Source of the DNA: Octopus vulgaris | Lineage: Eukaryota | Reading direction: 5' to 3' | Length of the DNA stretch: 64,000 nucleotides | Assembly (NCBI GenBank): GCA_951406725.2 | Contig: OX597818.1 | Span: 50,592,001-50,656,000 of the forward strand | Position numbers and translations under genes: made by a program | In this document: in pieces, positions 12,130 to 25,800 of the stretch | Position numbering within the stretch: the first letter of the stretch is position 1 | How the letters are laid out: every line of letters starts with the position of its first letter | Notes under the pieces: generated by a model | The model's input: the letters and a program-made list of their open reading frames with translations, nothing else | Database searches by the model: none | What the model was told of the DNA's origin: nothing

Positions 12130-13320
12130 AAAAAAGAGGGAATTATAAAAACTAAAGCTATCCCCATAAGAAGTGGAATATTCCTGGAGTGTTAGTCTCT
12201 CTGCCTGCACTCCTTTTCTGCATGGCGTTGACACCTTTGACAGTCCTGCTGAGCAGAATTTGAAATGAATGTAAATAGGAAGGCAACTATCTTTTTTTAA
12301 TATGGATGATCTCAAGTTGTATGTTGCAAGTAATAAACAACTAGAAATAATATTACAAGAAGTACATGGATTCACTGAAGAAATGAATTTGACATTCAGT
12401 TTAGAAAGCTGTTCCAAGGCGACAATGACGAGCTGAAAATTAAAGACGTTGACATCTTGCAAGATAGGAAAAAAACACTGAGATAAGAGAATTAGGCCAG
12501 ACACAATAGAATTTTTATTGTGTCTGGGGAGAGCCAGTCTCTTTTGGTGCCTCGTTACTTAACACATTCACCAGTTGTTTGATTTCCTCTCAGTTATTTA
12601 ATCATTAACGACCGTTGAAAAGGTTGCAAGACGCAACGAAAATTTTAGAAAAAATGAATAACTAAATGAGTGGAAATCGAACCGGTGAGTGTGTTAAATA
12701 ATAAGGCACTAAAAGAGAATGACTCTCCCCAGACACAATGAAATATGCTTCAACACACGAATTCACGTAAAGAATCTTGCAAACTAAACACAAAAACGAA
12801 ACAATACAAATTGTTAGGAATAAATGAACTAGACAATGTATAACACACAACTGAAAGAAAAGATTTAAAAAGAATATTATAGATGCATTAGACTAAAATC
12901 TAAAACAGAGTCAAATACCAAATAATAAGGTTAGAGGCAAAAATACTCTTGCTTATTTATAATTTACAGTTTTAATTATTTTCAATTGGATTGTTTATGA
13001 ACTAGACTAGCTAGACAGGAGAGAGAAACAAAAGTAATAACTGCATTTAGTTGTTACTCGAATTCTTACTTTGAAAGATTACATTTACTAGGAATATATA
13101 CAGCTGTTTGGGTTTTATACTACTAGAAAACTATAACAAAAATACCTTGTACAATATCACGGAAAATCAATACAAATGGCAACGAAACATGAAAACAAAA
13201 GAAAAACTGTTTTCTGTTTTTCATGGAAGCCGACAAATTGAAAACAGAGGCAACAATAAGAAATAACAACGATGAAAACCAAGAAACAACAGAAAACATG
13301 AAAGTCAAAATTTAACTTGA
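12130..13320 (+). pseudogene. Degraded reverse transcriptase of an R4/Dong-like LINE, interrupted at 12509-12800
   Basis: Fragments IPIRSGIF, LLFCMALTPL, MDDLKLY...QEVHGFTEEMNLTFSLESC, YKLLGINE, KEYYRCIRL, NTLA, ERL in R4/Dong RT order. Confidence 0.75.
12509..12800. mobile_element. Fold-back element, same family as 18004-18355
   Basis: Arms ATTGTGTCTGGGGAGAG.. / ..CTCTCCCCAGACACAAT; ACAATA duplicated at 12503-12508 and 12801-12806. Confidence 0.75.
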
Positions 13321-13337
13321 AATTTGGATAACAAAAT

Positions 13338-13502
13338 AGGCGCAGGAGTGGCTGTGTGGTAAGTAGTTTGCTAACCAACCACATGGTTCTGGCTCCAGTC
13401 CCACAGCGTGGAACCTTGGGCAAGTGTCTTCTACTATAGCCTCGGGCCGACCAAAGCCTTGTGAGTGGATTTGGTAGACGGAAACTGAAAAGAAGCCCGT
13501 CG

Positions 13503-13568
<66 letters not shown>

Positions 13569-13767
13569 TGTGTCTGTGTTTGTCCCTCCGACATCGCTTG
13601 ACAACCGATTCTGGTGTGTTTACGTCCCCGTAACTTAGCGGTTCGGCAAAAGAGACCGATAGAATGCGTACTAGGCTTACAAAGAATAAGTCCTGGGGTC
13701 GATTTGCTCGACTAAAGGCGGTGCTCCAGCATGGCCGCAGTCAAATTACTAAAACAAGTAAAAGAGT
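13338..13767 (+). mobile_element. SINE family A, full length
   Basis: Head, internal (TA)n(TG)n and tail ending AAACAAGTAAAAGAGT. Confidence 0.93.
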
Positions 13768-13896
13768 AAAATACCGCGACAAAACAATGGTAAGAAAACT
13801 CCTATACGAGTTGTTTCTAAGCATAGAGAGTTCTTTCTCAACAGGAAGTGTTCACTCTGTCTATTCAAATCGATCAGTTCTCTGAATTTATAATTG

Positions 13897-14090
13897 TTTC
13901 AAATTGAGGCACAAGACCAACAATTCTGAGAGTAGGGGTTTAGACAATTACATCAGCCCCAGCAGTTGACTGTTACTTCCTTTTTCTCTATCCTGAAATG
14001 ATGAAATGTAAAGCTGACCTGGGTAGAATTTGAACTCAGAACGTAAAGAGCTGGAACAAATATCGAAAGATATTTTATCCGATGCTCTAA
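13897..14090 (-). mobile_element. Old SINE family B-like
   Basis: GATGAAATGTAAAGCTGACCTGGGTAGAATTTGAACTCAGAACGT. Confidence 0.6.
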
Positions 14091-14629
14091 TTATAATTAT
14101 ATTTGTTTTAATAATCGACATCACTATGCAGAAAGATTACACGATTGTTGCTTTTCTCAACTGGCTTCAGCTCAGAGTCGTAATGGAGAAGACATACGAT
14201 CAAAACATTTGTATTTCAGACATAATACATTTAAGGTTATATTATTCCGGATATACGTCTTCTTCCATTGTTCAGATTGTTGAGTATGATTTGAGAGATT
14301 TCCGGTCGCTACATCTTGTAGAGAGATCAGCCAAAGCAAGGCACTTTCACTGCTTCAAAAATATAGTGGTGGAATCAATAGCAAAGAATAAACATGTTGG
14401 ATAATAAAGGCAAATATGCTGCTATTATCAACATTATAACCAGTGAAAGAAGTTGCTATAAGCTTTTCATAACCTATGTATAAAAGATATATAAAATCAA
14501 ATGTAAGAAATTTTATCAGAAACTATCGATTTGGTTACAGACAATTAGGACCAAAGATGTATAGGGTGATGAAGTTGCAGAACCATTGGAGCGTCAGAGA
14601 AAATGCTTTACGGTATTTATTTGGGCTCA

Positions 14630-14861
14630 AGGCGGCGAGCTGGCAGAAACGTTAGCACGCCAGGCGAAATGCTTAGCGGTATTTCGTCGGCCTTTACGTT
14701 CTGAGTTCAAATTCCGCCGATGTCGACTTTGCCTTTCATCCTTTCGGAGTCGATAAATTAACTACCAGATATGCACTGGGGTCGATATAATCGACTTAAT
14801 CCGATTGTCTGTCCTTGTTTGTCCTCTCTGTGTTTAGCCCCTTGTGGGTAGTAAAGAAATA
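14630..14861 (+). mobile_element. SINE family B, full length, nested in an older B-like copy (~14565-14925)
   Basis: 17-bp TSD GGTATTT(A/G)TTTGGG(C/T)TC at 14612-14628 / 14862-14878. Confidence 0.9.
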
Positions 14862-14944
14862 GGTATTTGTTTGGGTTCTTTAGATCCTGGGTTCAAATCT
14901 AGCCGCGGTTAATTTAGCCTTTCAATTGCAATTACTATCATGAA

Positions 14945-15200
14945 CCCCTGTCTCTCAACCCTGGAACTCATAGGGTCAGTTACCTGGTTTCCATGACTTG
15001 TAAGGGACAAAGACCACAATATTCCCACTGAACAGAATGCTATTCCATCACAGGGTCACTCATTTACAATTGGGTGAACTGGAGCAACGTGAGAGGAAGT
15101 GTTTTTGCTCAAGAACACAACGTACCGGACGGTCTGGAAATCGAAACCACGATCTTCCGATCGAGAGTGCAAAACACTAATTGCTTGACCACGCACCTTC
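14945..15200 (-). mobile_element. Old tRNA-headed SINE (family D-like)
   Basis: Reverse B-box GAAATCGAAACC; TTGCTCAAGAACACAAC; related to 52998-53327. Confidence 0.6.
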
Positions 15201-16094
15201 AGTTTCATCTAACCGGGGTCTATAGAATATACTACTAGACAATTACTAGGGTGAGTTTATTTCAATTATATTCTAAGCTAACGTGTCACGGGTTTATATG
15301 TCACTATAAAGCCTAAATATCCAGCCAGCCTTGGAGATTCGCCCGCGGGTAAAGTGAGGCACCAATCGGAGTATGACGCCTACCTCTATTACATTACATT
15401 ACCATCTACACACACACACACACACACATACACACACACACACACACATACACACATACATACATACATACATACATACATACATACATACATACATACA
15501 TACATACATACATACATACATACATACATGCGCTACGTTTACGTACGCATATACCCTCTTTATAGCAGCGGGCACAATAAGAAAAAGGATAAAGCAATAT
15601 AAATAAAATCAAAAAAAATTCCATAATCGACATTGTTACACAGAATGACCGAACTGCTATCCAGAGAATTTTCCAGATAAAATTCTTAACGGGTTGGCAT
15701 TTGGATAATAGACCTCAAGATTTTAGAGAAAAAAGCTACATTCTGGAAACTATAAATATTATCACTGAAACTTGAAGAAAGACTAAAAAAGAAGTTACCA
15801 ACAAAAAAGAAATCGACAGTAGCGACTACGGTGGATAAAACCAGAATCAACGATAACAAAGGATCAACAAAAGCGACTGTGTTGGATAATAAAAGCGACA
15901 ATGTGACTATAATCAACGTTATGACTAGCGAAAGAAATGTTGTTGTAAGCTTTTCATAACCTATGTACAAGACACACAACTTAATGTAAGAAATTTCACC
16001 ACCAAACTATCGATTTGATAACAGACAGCCAGAACCAAAGAGGTGTTTATTTTATAGACATTTATCTTACAGGAAATTATATTATGAACATCTA

Positions 16095-16197
16095 TGATGA
16101 TGATGATGGTAATAAAAATAATAACAACAATGATAATAATAACAATAACGATAATAATAATAATAATAATCATAAAATGATAATAATAACAATAATG

Positions 16198-16260
<63 letters not shown>

Positions 16261-16410
16261 TGATAATAATAATAATAATAATAATTAGAAGCTGGAGAAG
16301 AAGAAGAAGAAGAAGGAGAAGAAGAAGAAGAAGAAGAAGAAGAAGAAGAAGAAGAAGAAGAAGAAGAAGAAGACCAACAACAGCAACAACAACACCAACA
16401 GCATAACAAT
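16095..16410. repeat. (AAT)n, (GAA)n, (CAA)n trinucleotide array
   Basis: Direct reading. Confidence 0.95.
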
Positions 16411-16738
16411 CATCACAGTAATGGACAGCCTGTACAGATCTGACAGGAAACTGGGAAATATTTGAATGGAAATTCTTATGTTGTGATAGTCTTTCTGGAT
16501 ATAAAATATCTTCAATACTGCATATATATTCCTAGATATAATTTAAAAGCTCTAAACATTAAATGCGTTAACACTAACTTATTAATTTTATCATATTTGA
16601 TTTATGGTATTGCGAACGATATTGTGCTTCTGGATAGTTTTGCAAAACAAGTGAAGTAGCTCTTTAGATGAACAGCTTGAATACATATGCAATAGAAAAT
16701 ATTGAAATAACTCCTAGTTTATTGCAATTGCTAATATA

Positions 16739-17045
16739 GTGGAGGCACATGGCCTAGCGGTTAGGCACATGGCCTAGCGGTCGAGGGATCGCGGGTTCGA
16801 ATCTCAGACCGAGCGATGTGTGTGTTTATGAGCGAAACACCTAAGCTCCACGCGGCTCCGGCAGAAGGTAATGGCGAACTTCTGCTGACTCTTTCGCCAA
16901 AACTTTCTCTCACTCTTTCCTCCCGCATCCTGCAGCTCACCTGCGACGGGCCGGTGTCCCGTCCAGGTGGGGAACCTATACGCCAAGGAAACCGGGAAAC
17001 CGGCCCTTATGAGCCAGGCGTGGCTCGAGAAGGAACAAACAACAA
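16739..17045 (+). mobile_element. SINE family C (tRNA head, Meta-domain-like tail) with rearranged head
   Basis: TGGCCTAG.GG A-box, GGTTCGAATC B-box, CCTGCGACGG.CCGG.GTCCCGTCCAGG...GGAAACCGGG tail, (AAC)n end. Confidence 0.88.
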
Positions 17046-17177
17046 TTGCTAATATGGATGTATTACATGAGTATTTGTGTGTGTCTGTGTGTTTGCAATG
17101 AATGCATTGTTTTATATAAGTCAGGAAGTATTGACAGAACTCGCTGTAGATAAATGGATGAAACATTTATTTATAAA

Positions 17178-17653
17178 CTAGCAGTATCGCCCGGCGTTGC
17201 TCGGGTTTGTAAGGGAAATAACTATATAAGCATTTTTAGAGAGTTACTTCCCTTATAGATGCCAATTCGGGCTTTCTTAGCCATTTCTGTTTTGGTGTCT
17301 TCAAGCCATGAAGTCGTTGTTCTAAAAGAACGCTGGTCTCCTTGACAACGCTTTACGACGTTGATTTCCTTACACTCCCTTCCCCACAGCTTCACGAGGG
17401 AGGGAAGAAGGGGGAGAAGCAAACAGGTGCAGGTGTGACCATGGACGCCAACTCCGCCGCCATCGACACACGAAAAATTATGCATTAAAATGGAATAAAA
17501 AATGATGTTAAATTATTTTTAAAATCGTAGACTCATCGTAGACGCGCGCTAATACTCAGACGGGCTCGATATGCACCGCAAAATGTGGAAGTAGTTAGGA
17601 ATCTAAATCGAAGGGGACAGACACTCATACAACTACAGTTTTATATATATAGA
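17178..17653 (-). mobile_element. Non-autonomous Helitron
   Basis: Minus strand begins A|TCTATATATATAAAA and ends with hairpin CCCGAGCAACGCCGGG then CGATACTG-CTAG|T; no TSD. Confidence 0.85.
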
Positions 17654-18003
17654 TAAGTGTAACACAATTATTCATATACTGGTAACCACTAGTTTCGTGT
17701 GGAGATCAGACCGCAAATGAGTCTGTAGAAAAACTCTTCATCCGTCAAGCCTGTCAAAATATTCTATCTATTCATATGAAATCAGCGGTAGTCTGCATCT
17801 GAATAACTGTTGTATACTAATGAATATGTAGGCACGTGTGTATTCAGAGTGTATACATGTAGCTATAACTAAATCTATCTAATAATCTATCTAAAATAAT
17901 GAGAACCAGACGTAAAACAACTGGGGTCACTTTGTTCGACTAACCTGACAAAGAGGAACTCCAGCATAGCTGCAATCTAATGACTGAAACTAGTAAAGAA
18001 TAT

Positions 18004-18355
18004 TTCGTTTTTGGATTTGGTTTGCAAGATTCTTTATATGAGTTCGTGTGTTGAAGCATATTCTGTTGTGTCTGGGGAGAGTCATTTTCTTTTTGTGCCT
18101 TATAATATAACACACTCACCGGTAGAATTTCCACTTTCTTTCTTATTTTTATTCTCCTAAAATTTTCGTTGCATCTTGCAACCTTTTCAATAGTTTTGAC
18201 TCTTGAGTTTCTTGAGTCAAAACTATTGAAAAAGTTGTAAGACGCAACGAAAATTTTAGAAAAATAAAAATAAGAAAGAAAGTGGAAATTCTACCTGTGA
18301 GTGTGTTATATTATAAGGCACAAAAAGAAAATGACTCTCCCCTGACACAACAGAA
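18004..18355. mobile_element. Fold-back element with 13-bp TSD, in the tail of an old SINE A-like copy
   Basis: Arms ~18059-18202 / 18214-18357; TAGTAAAGAATAT at 17991-18003 and 18356-18368. Confidence 0.85.
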
Positions 18356-18710
18356 TAGTAAAGAATATATATATATATATATATAACAAATGGATGAAAA
18401 TGCACATTTTTCAGAGCAATTGTAATCTGATTCTTACTATATCTGCCTGGCAGGCTCCCTTAGGTAGTACGGCTTTAAAAACTAATTTCTTCATTTTCAT
18501 TTGAATAATTCTTAGAGTGAAATCCGGTTGGAATGTAAGGTAAAAAGATTTAATATATCTAAATAGAATATTTTTCTTTTAATTTTTCTAAACAGATTAC
18601 GACAATTGTTCTAACTTTAATGTACCTTTTCATTTAACTTTTGTTTATACAGCATGTACGTAAAATTTTAAACGCGTTCAGTTAGTCTCGCAATTAATCA
18701 ATCAATCAAT

Positions 18711-19063
<353 letters not shown>

Positions 19064-19408
19064 GTAATTTGATTATACTATGCAATACTGCCTCTAAGGA
19101 AAAGAAAACTTCTATTTGTAGATTTGTCGTGACAATCAGAATGTTTAAATAATTCACAGTGACTTGGAGTTTCATTTCATGGCAGGAATCTAAGACTAGT
19201 GAAGATTTGATAACTATATTTATAGGTAGTGTTTTTGGCTTACAGACGTACATGTTCTAAGTGGAATGCTCTATATATGTTTCCTTGCTGGTGATTCAAT
19301 GTAAATCGCTAGTAAAGATATTGCTGCAATCTCCAGCGTCCGAACGTCTACCATTGGCAAGGCCTACGAAGGTCGAAATTTCCTGATCTGGTTGTTTCAG
19401 TGTTGACA

Positions 19409-19426
19409 ATGGCGGGTGATTTGCAG
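19409..19426 (+). CDS. Candidate initial coding mini-exon MAGDLQ
   Basis: ACAATGGCG start context, perfect donor CAG|GTGAGT, upstream TTGTTTCAG acceptor, locally CpG-rich unique DNA. Confidence 0.3.
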
Positions 19427-19606
19427 GTGAGTTATCTCCCCGCTAGTGATATGAACAAGAGTGCCTATATTAACCGAAAGCCAAAATGCGAGTTTCTCTC
19501 ATAGTAACAACTGCAGTATAGCCTGTTCTAACAGAACACCCATGTTTAAATATTACCTCTCAGCATTGAAACTGCTTCTGTCGCTAATAATTATTTACTG
19601 CTATTT

Positions 19607-20026
19607 AGGCGTAGGAGTGGCTGTGTGGTGAGTAGCTTGCTTACGAACCACATGGTTCCATGTTCAGTCCCACTGCGTGGCACCTTAGGCAAGTGTCTTC
19701 TACTATAGCCTCGGGTCGACCAAAGCCTTGTGAGTGTATTTGGTAGCCGGAAACTGAAAGAAGCCCGTTTTATATATGTATATGTATATATATATGTATG
19801 TGTGTGTGTATATATGTTTGTGTGCCTGTATTTGTCATCCCAACATCGCTTGACAAGCGATGCTGGTGTGTTTACGTCCCAGTAACTTAGCGGTTCGGCA
19901 AAAAGAGACCGATAGAATAAGTACTAGACTTACAAAGAATAAGTCATGGGGTCGATTTGCTCGACTAAAGGCGGTGCTACAGCATGGCCACAGTCAAATG
20001 ACTGCAACAAGTAAAAGAATAAAGAG
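19607..20026 (+). mobile_element. SINE family A, full length
   Basis: Head-to-tail match. Confidence 0.92.
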
Positions 20027-20686
20027 TCATCGTTGTTCTCTGTTTTTTCTTGTCTTATCTGCTTCTGCTGATGTTGAGTTCGTGTGTGAGGCAGGATATT
20101 TGGATAGCATAAATATTTGGTCATAAAAGACATAGATCTCAATAAATATGATCTTTGTGCTTGTTTACGCGGTGAGTATAAAAGAAAAGTAATGCGGAGA
20201 TTAAAAGATTTCAAGATGTGACAGAAGAAGAAAATTTAGCTTAATTATCGTTCGTTTGAATGTCACAGGGGCCATTCGATGGTAGGTCAGTAGCTTTTAT
20301 CGTGGAACCGTGGTAAGTGAAGTAGTTTTATTGCGCGTGGTGTGAATAAGTGCTTGTATGAATTTATGCACAAATTCATATAAACGAAGTATGCTTGTGT
20401 GCATTGCATAAGTATAAATATTGTAGGGTTATATTTTATGGAGAATAACTAGTGGTGTTTGTGTTTTATGAGTGACAGTAGGGCGTAAAAGGGATGGTAT
20501 ATGTGCAAACAGGTGAATACTAACAATGCACACTTGTACACACATAAATAATATAACCATACATACATACGGTCACAAACATAGTAAGGTACAGATATGC
20601 ATATATGTTTAGGTATGTATGGAACGCATAGTGTATGTATACAAGCTTGCAGCTTTCACGGTAGGTATGAGTGCACAGATGTCAGA

Positions 20687-20729
<43 letters not shown>

Positions 20730-20775
20730 GATATAGATATATAGATATATATGTATATATATATGTATGTATATA

Positions 20776-20894
<119 letters not shown>

Positions 20895-21447
20895 GGCTAC
20901 AAACTACAGTAGCATCCACCCTTAGGGATTAGCCATATTCAAATGGCAAATATACGTCACGATATTTATTAGCTATTTTCTTTTTTTAATTTTCTTTCAC
21001 GCAACGGTTGATTCAATTATTTCCCTTTTTCCCCTCTTAACAGTCTTTATTATGACATCTCCAAAACACCGCCATTTTAAACCTACTATAAGTTATCTTC
21101 AAAAAACCCACTCAAATCTACCCTTGTGCTAGTCTAACAGACCCCTTCTCTCTTGGGGCTCTGACCTTAGATATCATATTCCGCTCTCTCAAGAACTACT
21201 TTTTCATGGCTAGCATTGTTAGTCATTCCCTTTTTCATAGCTCGGCTTCGACAGACACATCTCTGCTGCATTCATGGGATACCCCTTCGTTCTGTAAAAA
21301 TGAAGTTCTCATCTGAAGATTACGGTCTTTTATAATGATGTAATGTTCTTAGTCTTCATAAAAAAGATACGCAAGGAACTGCTGAATGAGGTGACACTTT
21401 TAGCCATCGTGCGTTTTTATTCATTTGTTTATATATATATGTATGAA

Positions 21448-21591
<144 letters not shown>

Positions 21592-21595
21592 TATG

Positions 21596-21669
<74 letters not shown>

Positions 21670-21976
21670 CACAACCACGGTGCCACGCAGTGGGATTGAA
21701 CCCGGAACCACGTCAGAAATACATACATACATACACACAGACACACACACCAAGCTTGGAAGAGTTGAGCCAGAACAATTTTCCCTAAATCAATAAATTA
21801 TCAAAAGTACTTACTACCACCTATTGGAAGCACTTTTAGAAATTTTTCAGCTGATCTAATACATTTAACAGGCGCAGGCAGTTTATACAGCTATTTTCCT
21901 AAAATAATCAATTTTTACACCAAGAATTAAAAGTTGGGCTTGATGCTAGGCATGTTCATATTTCTGTAGTAATATT

Positions 21977-22219
21977 CTTTTACTTGTTTCAGTCATTTGA
22001 GTGTGGCCATGCTGGAGCACCGCCTTTAGTCGACCAAATCGAGCAAATCGACCCCAGGACTTATTCTTTGTAAGCCTAGTACTTATTCTATCGGATCTCT
22101 TTTGCCGAACCGCTAAGTTACGGGGACGTAAACACACCAGCATCGGTTGTCAAGCGATGTTGGGGGGGACAAACACAGACACACAAATTTATACACACAC
22201 ATACACATACCTACAGACA

Positions 22220-22299
<80 letters not shown>

Positions 22300-22476
22300 T
22301 ATACATATGTACGATGGGCTTCTTTCAGTTTCCGTCTACCGAATCCACTCACAAAGCTTTGGCCGGCTCGAAGCTATAGTAGAATACACTCACCCAAGGT
22401 GTCAATCAGTGGGACTGAACCCGGAACCATGTGGTTCGTAAGCAAACTACTTACCACACAGCCACTCCTATGCCTA
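21977..22476 (-). mobile_element. SINE family A, full length
   Basis: Reverse-complement head-to-tail match. Confidence 0.92.
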
Positions 22477-22603
22477 TGTAACATTCTGATTGAATGTATT
22501 TTGTCATATACCTATATCGTTTCTCTATCACAGTGATCGTTAAAAAACACCGTATGACTCACGTTAGTTAGAATAGTGTATGAAGTTAAGATGAAGGAAA
22601 TAA

Positions 22604-23648
22604 GGAGAGTTGGGACAGCTGTATACGGGAGAGTAGAGCAGTGTACCAACTCTCCATTTATTAATGTGTGGTGAAAAAAAAGTTTTAACCTGTAATTTTA
22701 TTACTTCCAGTGATAAATATCAAAAACTCTGGTAGCTGTTAATGGGTTGTGTTTGCTTTCGAGTTTAAGTGCCTTGAAGTTAAACGGCATAGGGCTTCAA
22801 TTCAACATAAAGGGTGAAATTTATATCTATCTGCATTTATACTGGCTAAAATTTGCACATGTGTTGACCAATTTATGACGATTTATGTAGGGCCTGAAAT
22901 CGCGTCAGGAAAGGATGCCGTATTCGTACTGCGACTAAAGATTTCAATATAGCTTCCTTTCTGTGTAAAGCCCTTGTGGCCAATTAAATGAAATAAAGAA
23001 TGACACTAAAATGATACATATACAAATGCAATTAACAAAATGACGAGCAAAACGAAGTGTTTGGGACATAAAAATTGCAGGATAAAAATATGACCTTTTC
23101 ATTAGAGATGGAAGCTGAGTTATCGACTCACATAAAAACATTAGCCGAACAGTTTCATGGACTCACACGAAATAAATGCCATGAGTTGATAGTGGAATAT
23201 GCATTAAGAAACAATGTTACGGTTCCTGATTCTTGGCAACAAAACGGAATGACTGGTGAGCATTTTTTGATATTCTTTAAAGAAAGAAACCATCTAGCAA
23301 TTCGGACACCAGAGGTTACATCTCTTGCTACACAAGTAGGTTCAATCGCTGTAATGTTGGCAAGTTTTACAACTTAAAGAGTGTTATGAACCTGCACAAG
23401 TTTGAATACCACGACATTTATAACGCAGATGAAACCGGGTGTATATAGGTTAGTTTGGATCTTCGACATTTCCAAACTTGTTTAGTTTTTCTATGATGTA
23501 GGCCACCTTCTACTTTACGTTTCTTGGTGTGATATTGCTCAAAATAAAACTAGGATAATTTATATGTAGTTATATTAGTGCTTCATCTTAGCGTACACTC
23601 AATTAAAATATCACTTATCCCAAGTCCTCCTATGTCCCAACTCTCACC
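22604..23648 (+). mobile_element. pogo/Tigger-type DNA transposon remnant (CENP-B HTH to start of DDE domain, ~23075-23445)
   Basis: FSLEMEAEL..HIKTLAEQFHGLTR..C.EL..EYA.RNN...PDSW..NG..G..F...F.ERNHLAIRTPE.TSLA, then by frameshift HDIYNADETG; inverted GAGAGTTGGGACA (22605) / TGTCCCAACTCTC (23633). Confidence 0.8.
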
Positions 23649-24031
23649 AAATCACTACCCTTTAAAAAGCGTACTCTCGTTGTTTCAGTTTACACCTATT
23701 TAAAACTATATACCTGGCATATTATACGTCGCTATTCTATGAATATTACAAGTTGGTAAAGAATTCTCTCTTATGCACAGAAGGTCTGTATCACATTGAA
23801 ATGTAAAAATGAGCCAAGTCTCCTAAGCTTACCCTATGTATGTATGTATGTATGTATGTATGTATGTATGTATGTATGTATGTATGTATGTATGTATGTA
23901 TGTATGTATGTATGTATGTATGTGTATATGTATGTATGTATGTATGTATGTATATATGTATGTATGTATGTATGTTTGTATGTATGTGTGTATGTATGTA
24001 TGTATGTATGTAAGTATGTATGTATGTATGT

Positions 24032-24318
24032 AGGCGCAGGAGTGGCTGTGTGATAAGTAGCTTGCTTACCAGCCACATGGTTCCGGGTTCAGTCCCAATG
24101 CGTGGCACCTTGCACAAGTGTCTGTGTTTGTCACCCCACCATTGCTTGACAACCGATGATGGTGTGTTTACGTTCCCGTAACTTAGCGGTTCGACAAAGA
24201 GACACGATAGAATAAGTATTAGGCTTACAAATAAGTCCTGGGGTCCATTTGTTCGACTCTAGGTAGTGCTCCGGCATGGCCGCTGTCAAATGACTGAAAC
24301 AAATGAAAGAGTGAAAGA
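24032..24318 (+). mobile_element. SINE family A with internal deletion
   Basis: Head joined to tail at GTGTCT microhomology. Confidence 0.85.
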
Positions 24319-24386
24319 AATACACTCGTATGTATGTATAGACACACACACGCGCACAAATAGTGTGTCTCTATATATACATATGA

Positions 24387-24448
<62 letters not shown>

Positions 24449-24758
24449 CACGTGTTCACATGACCGACGAAAATATCAGATGTTGCTACACATCGCTGGT
24501 CACAATGCGCTTCGTCTTGTTTTAGCCTTCAGATGACGCCACTCCGCTGGCTAAGCGAGCAGGCCAACAGAAGAAAGTGTGAGAGAAAGTTGCGGCGAAA
24601 GAGTACAGCAGGGATCGCCACCACCCCCTGCCGGAGCCTCGTGGAGCTCTTAGGTGTTTTCGCTCAATAAACACTCGCAACGCCCAGTCTGGGAAGCGAA
24701 ACCGCGATCCTCCGACCGCGAGTCCGCTGCCCTAACCACTGGGCCATTGCGCCTCCAC
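24449..24758 (-). mobile_element. SINE family C-type head with alternative tail
   Basis: Reverse GGAGGCGCAATGGCCCAGTGGTTAGGGCAGCGGACTCGCGG head; tail differs from 16739. Confidence 0.85.
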
Positions 24759-24792
24759 ACACACACACACACACACACACAAATATATATAT

Positions 24793-24845
24793 GACCAATG
24801 CCTTGTGAGTGGAGTTGGTAGACGGAAACTGAAAGAAGCCTGTCG

Positions 24846-24878
<33 letters not shown>

Positions 24879-25107
24879 GTGTGTGTGTATGTGTGTTTTT
24901 GTGTGTCTGTGTTTGTCCCCCTAGCATTGCTTGACAACCGATGCTGGTGTGTTTACGTCCCCGTCACTTAGCGGTTCGGCTAAAGAGACCGATAGAATAA
25001 GTACTGGGCTTACAAAGAATAAGTCCCGGGGTCGATTTGCTCGACTAAAGGCGGTGCTCCAGCATGGCCGCAGTCAAATGACTGAAACAAGTAAAAGAGT
25101 TAAGGAG
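24793..25107 (+). mobile_element. SINE family A, 5'-truncated
   Basis: Match from GACCAATGCCTTGTGAG to tail. Confidence 0.9.
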
Positions 25108-25564
25108 TATATATATTATATATATATGTATATAGATAGATAGATACATACATACATACCTACCTACCTACATACATACATACATACATACATACATGCA
25201 TACATACATGCATACATACATAGGCATGTGTGTGTATTCATAAGAAGAGTTAACAACTCATACCAACTCGTGTAAAACAATGTGTTACTGGTCATTTGGA
25301 ACATAAGATCGGATTAATGAGCCTTCACTTTGCACCGTTCGTCATCAACCGATATCAATTCAAGCTTGAATACGACTATTGAATGTAAATAAAAGCGTAC
25401 AAACCCGTGCTATTGAGAGAAATAGTAGTGGGGAAACAGAAAGACCGTCTTATAATGCAATGCTTTTGTATTAGCTATTATAAATATATGCACATATGTT
25501 AATGTCAGAACAATGCAATAAAACGTAAACATATCTAAAGAATATTTTTGTGTTTGTGGGAGTG

Positions 25565-25718
<154 letters not shown>

Positions 25719-25724
25719 TGTATG

Positions 25725-25792
<68 letters not shown>

Positions 25793-25800
<8 letters not shown>

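Noticed and set aside
14030-14404. 124-aa ORF
   Set aside because: Starts within an antisense SINE; no recognisable domain or splice structure.
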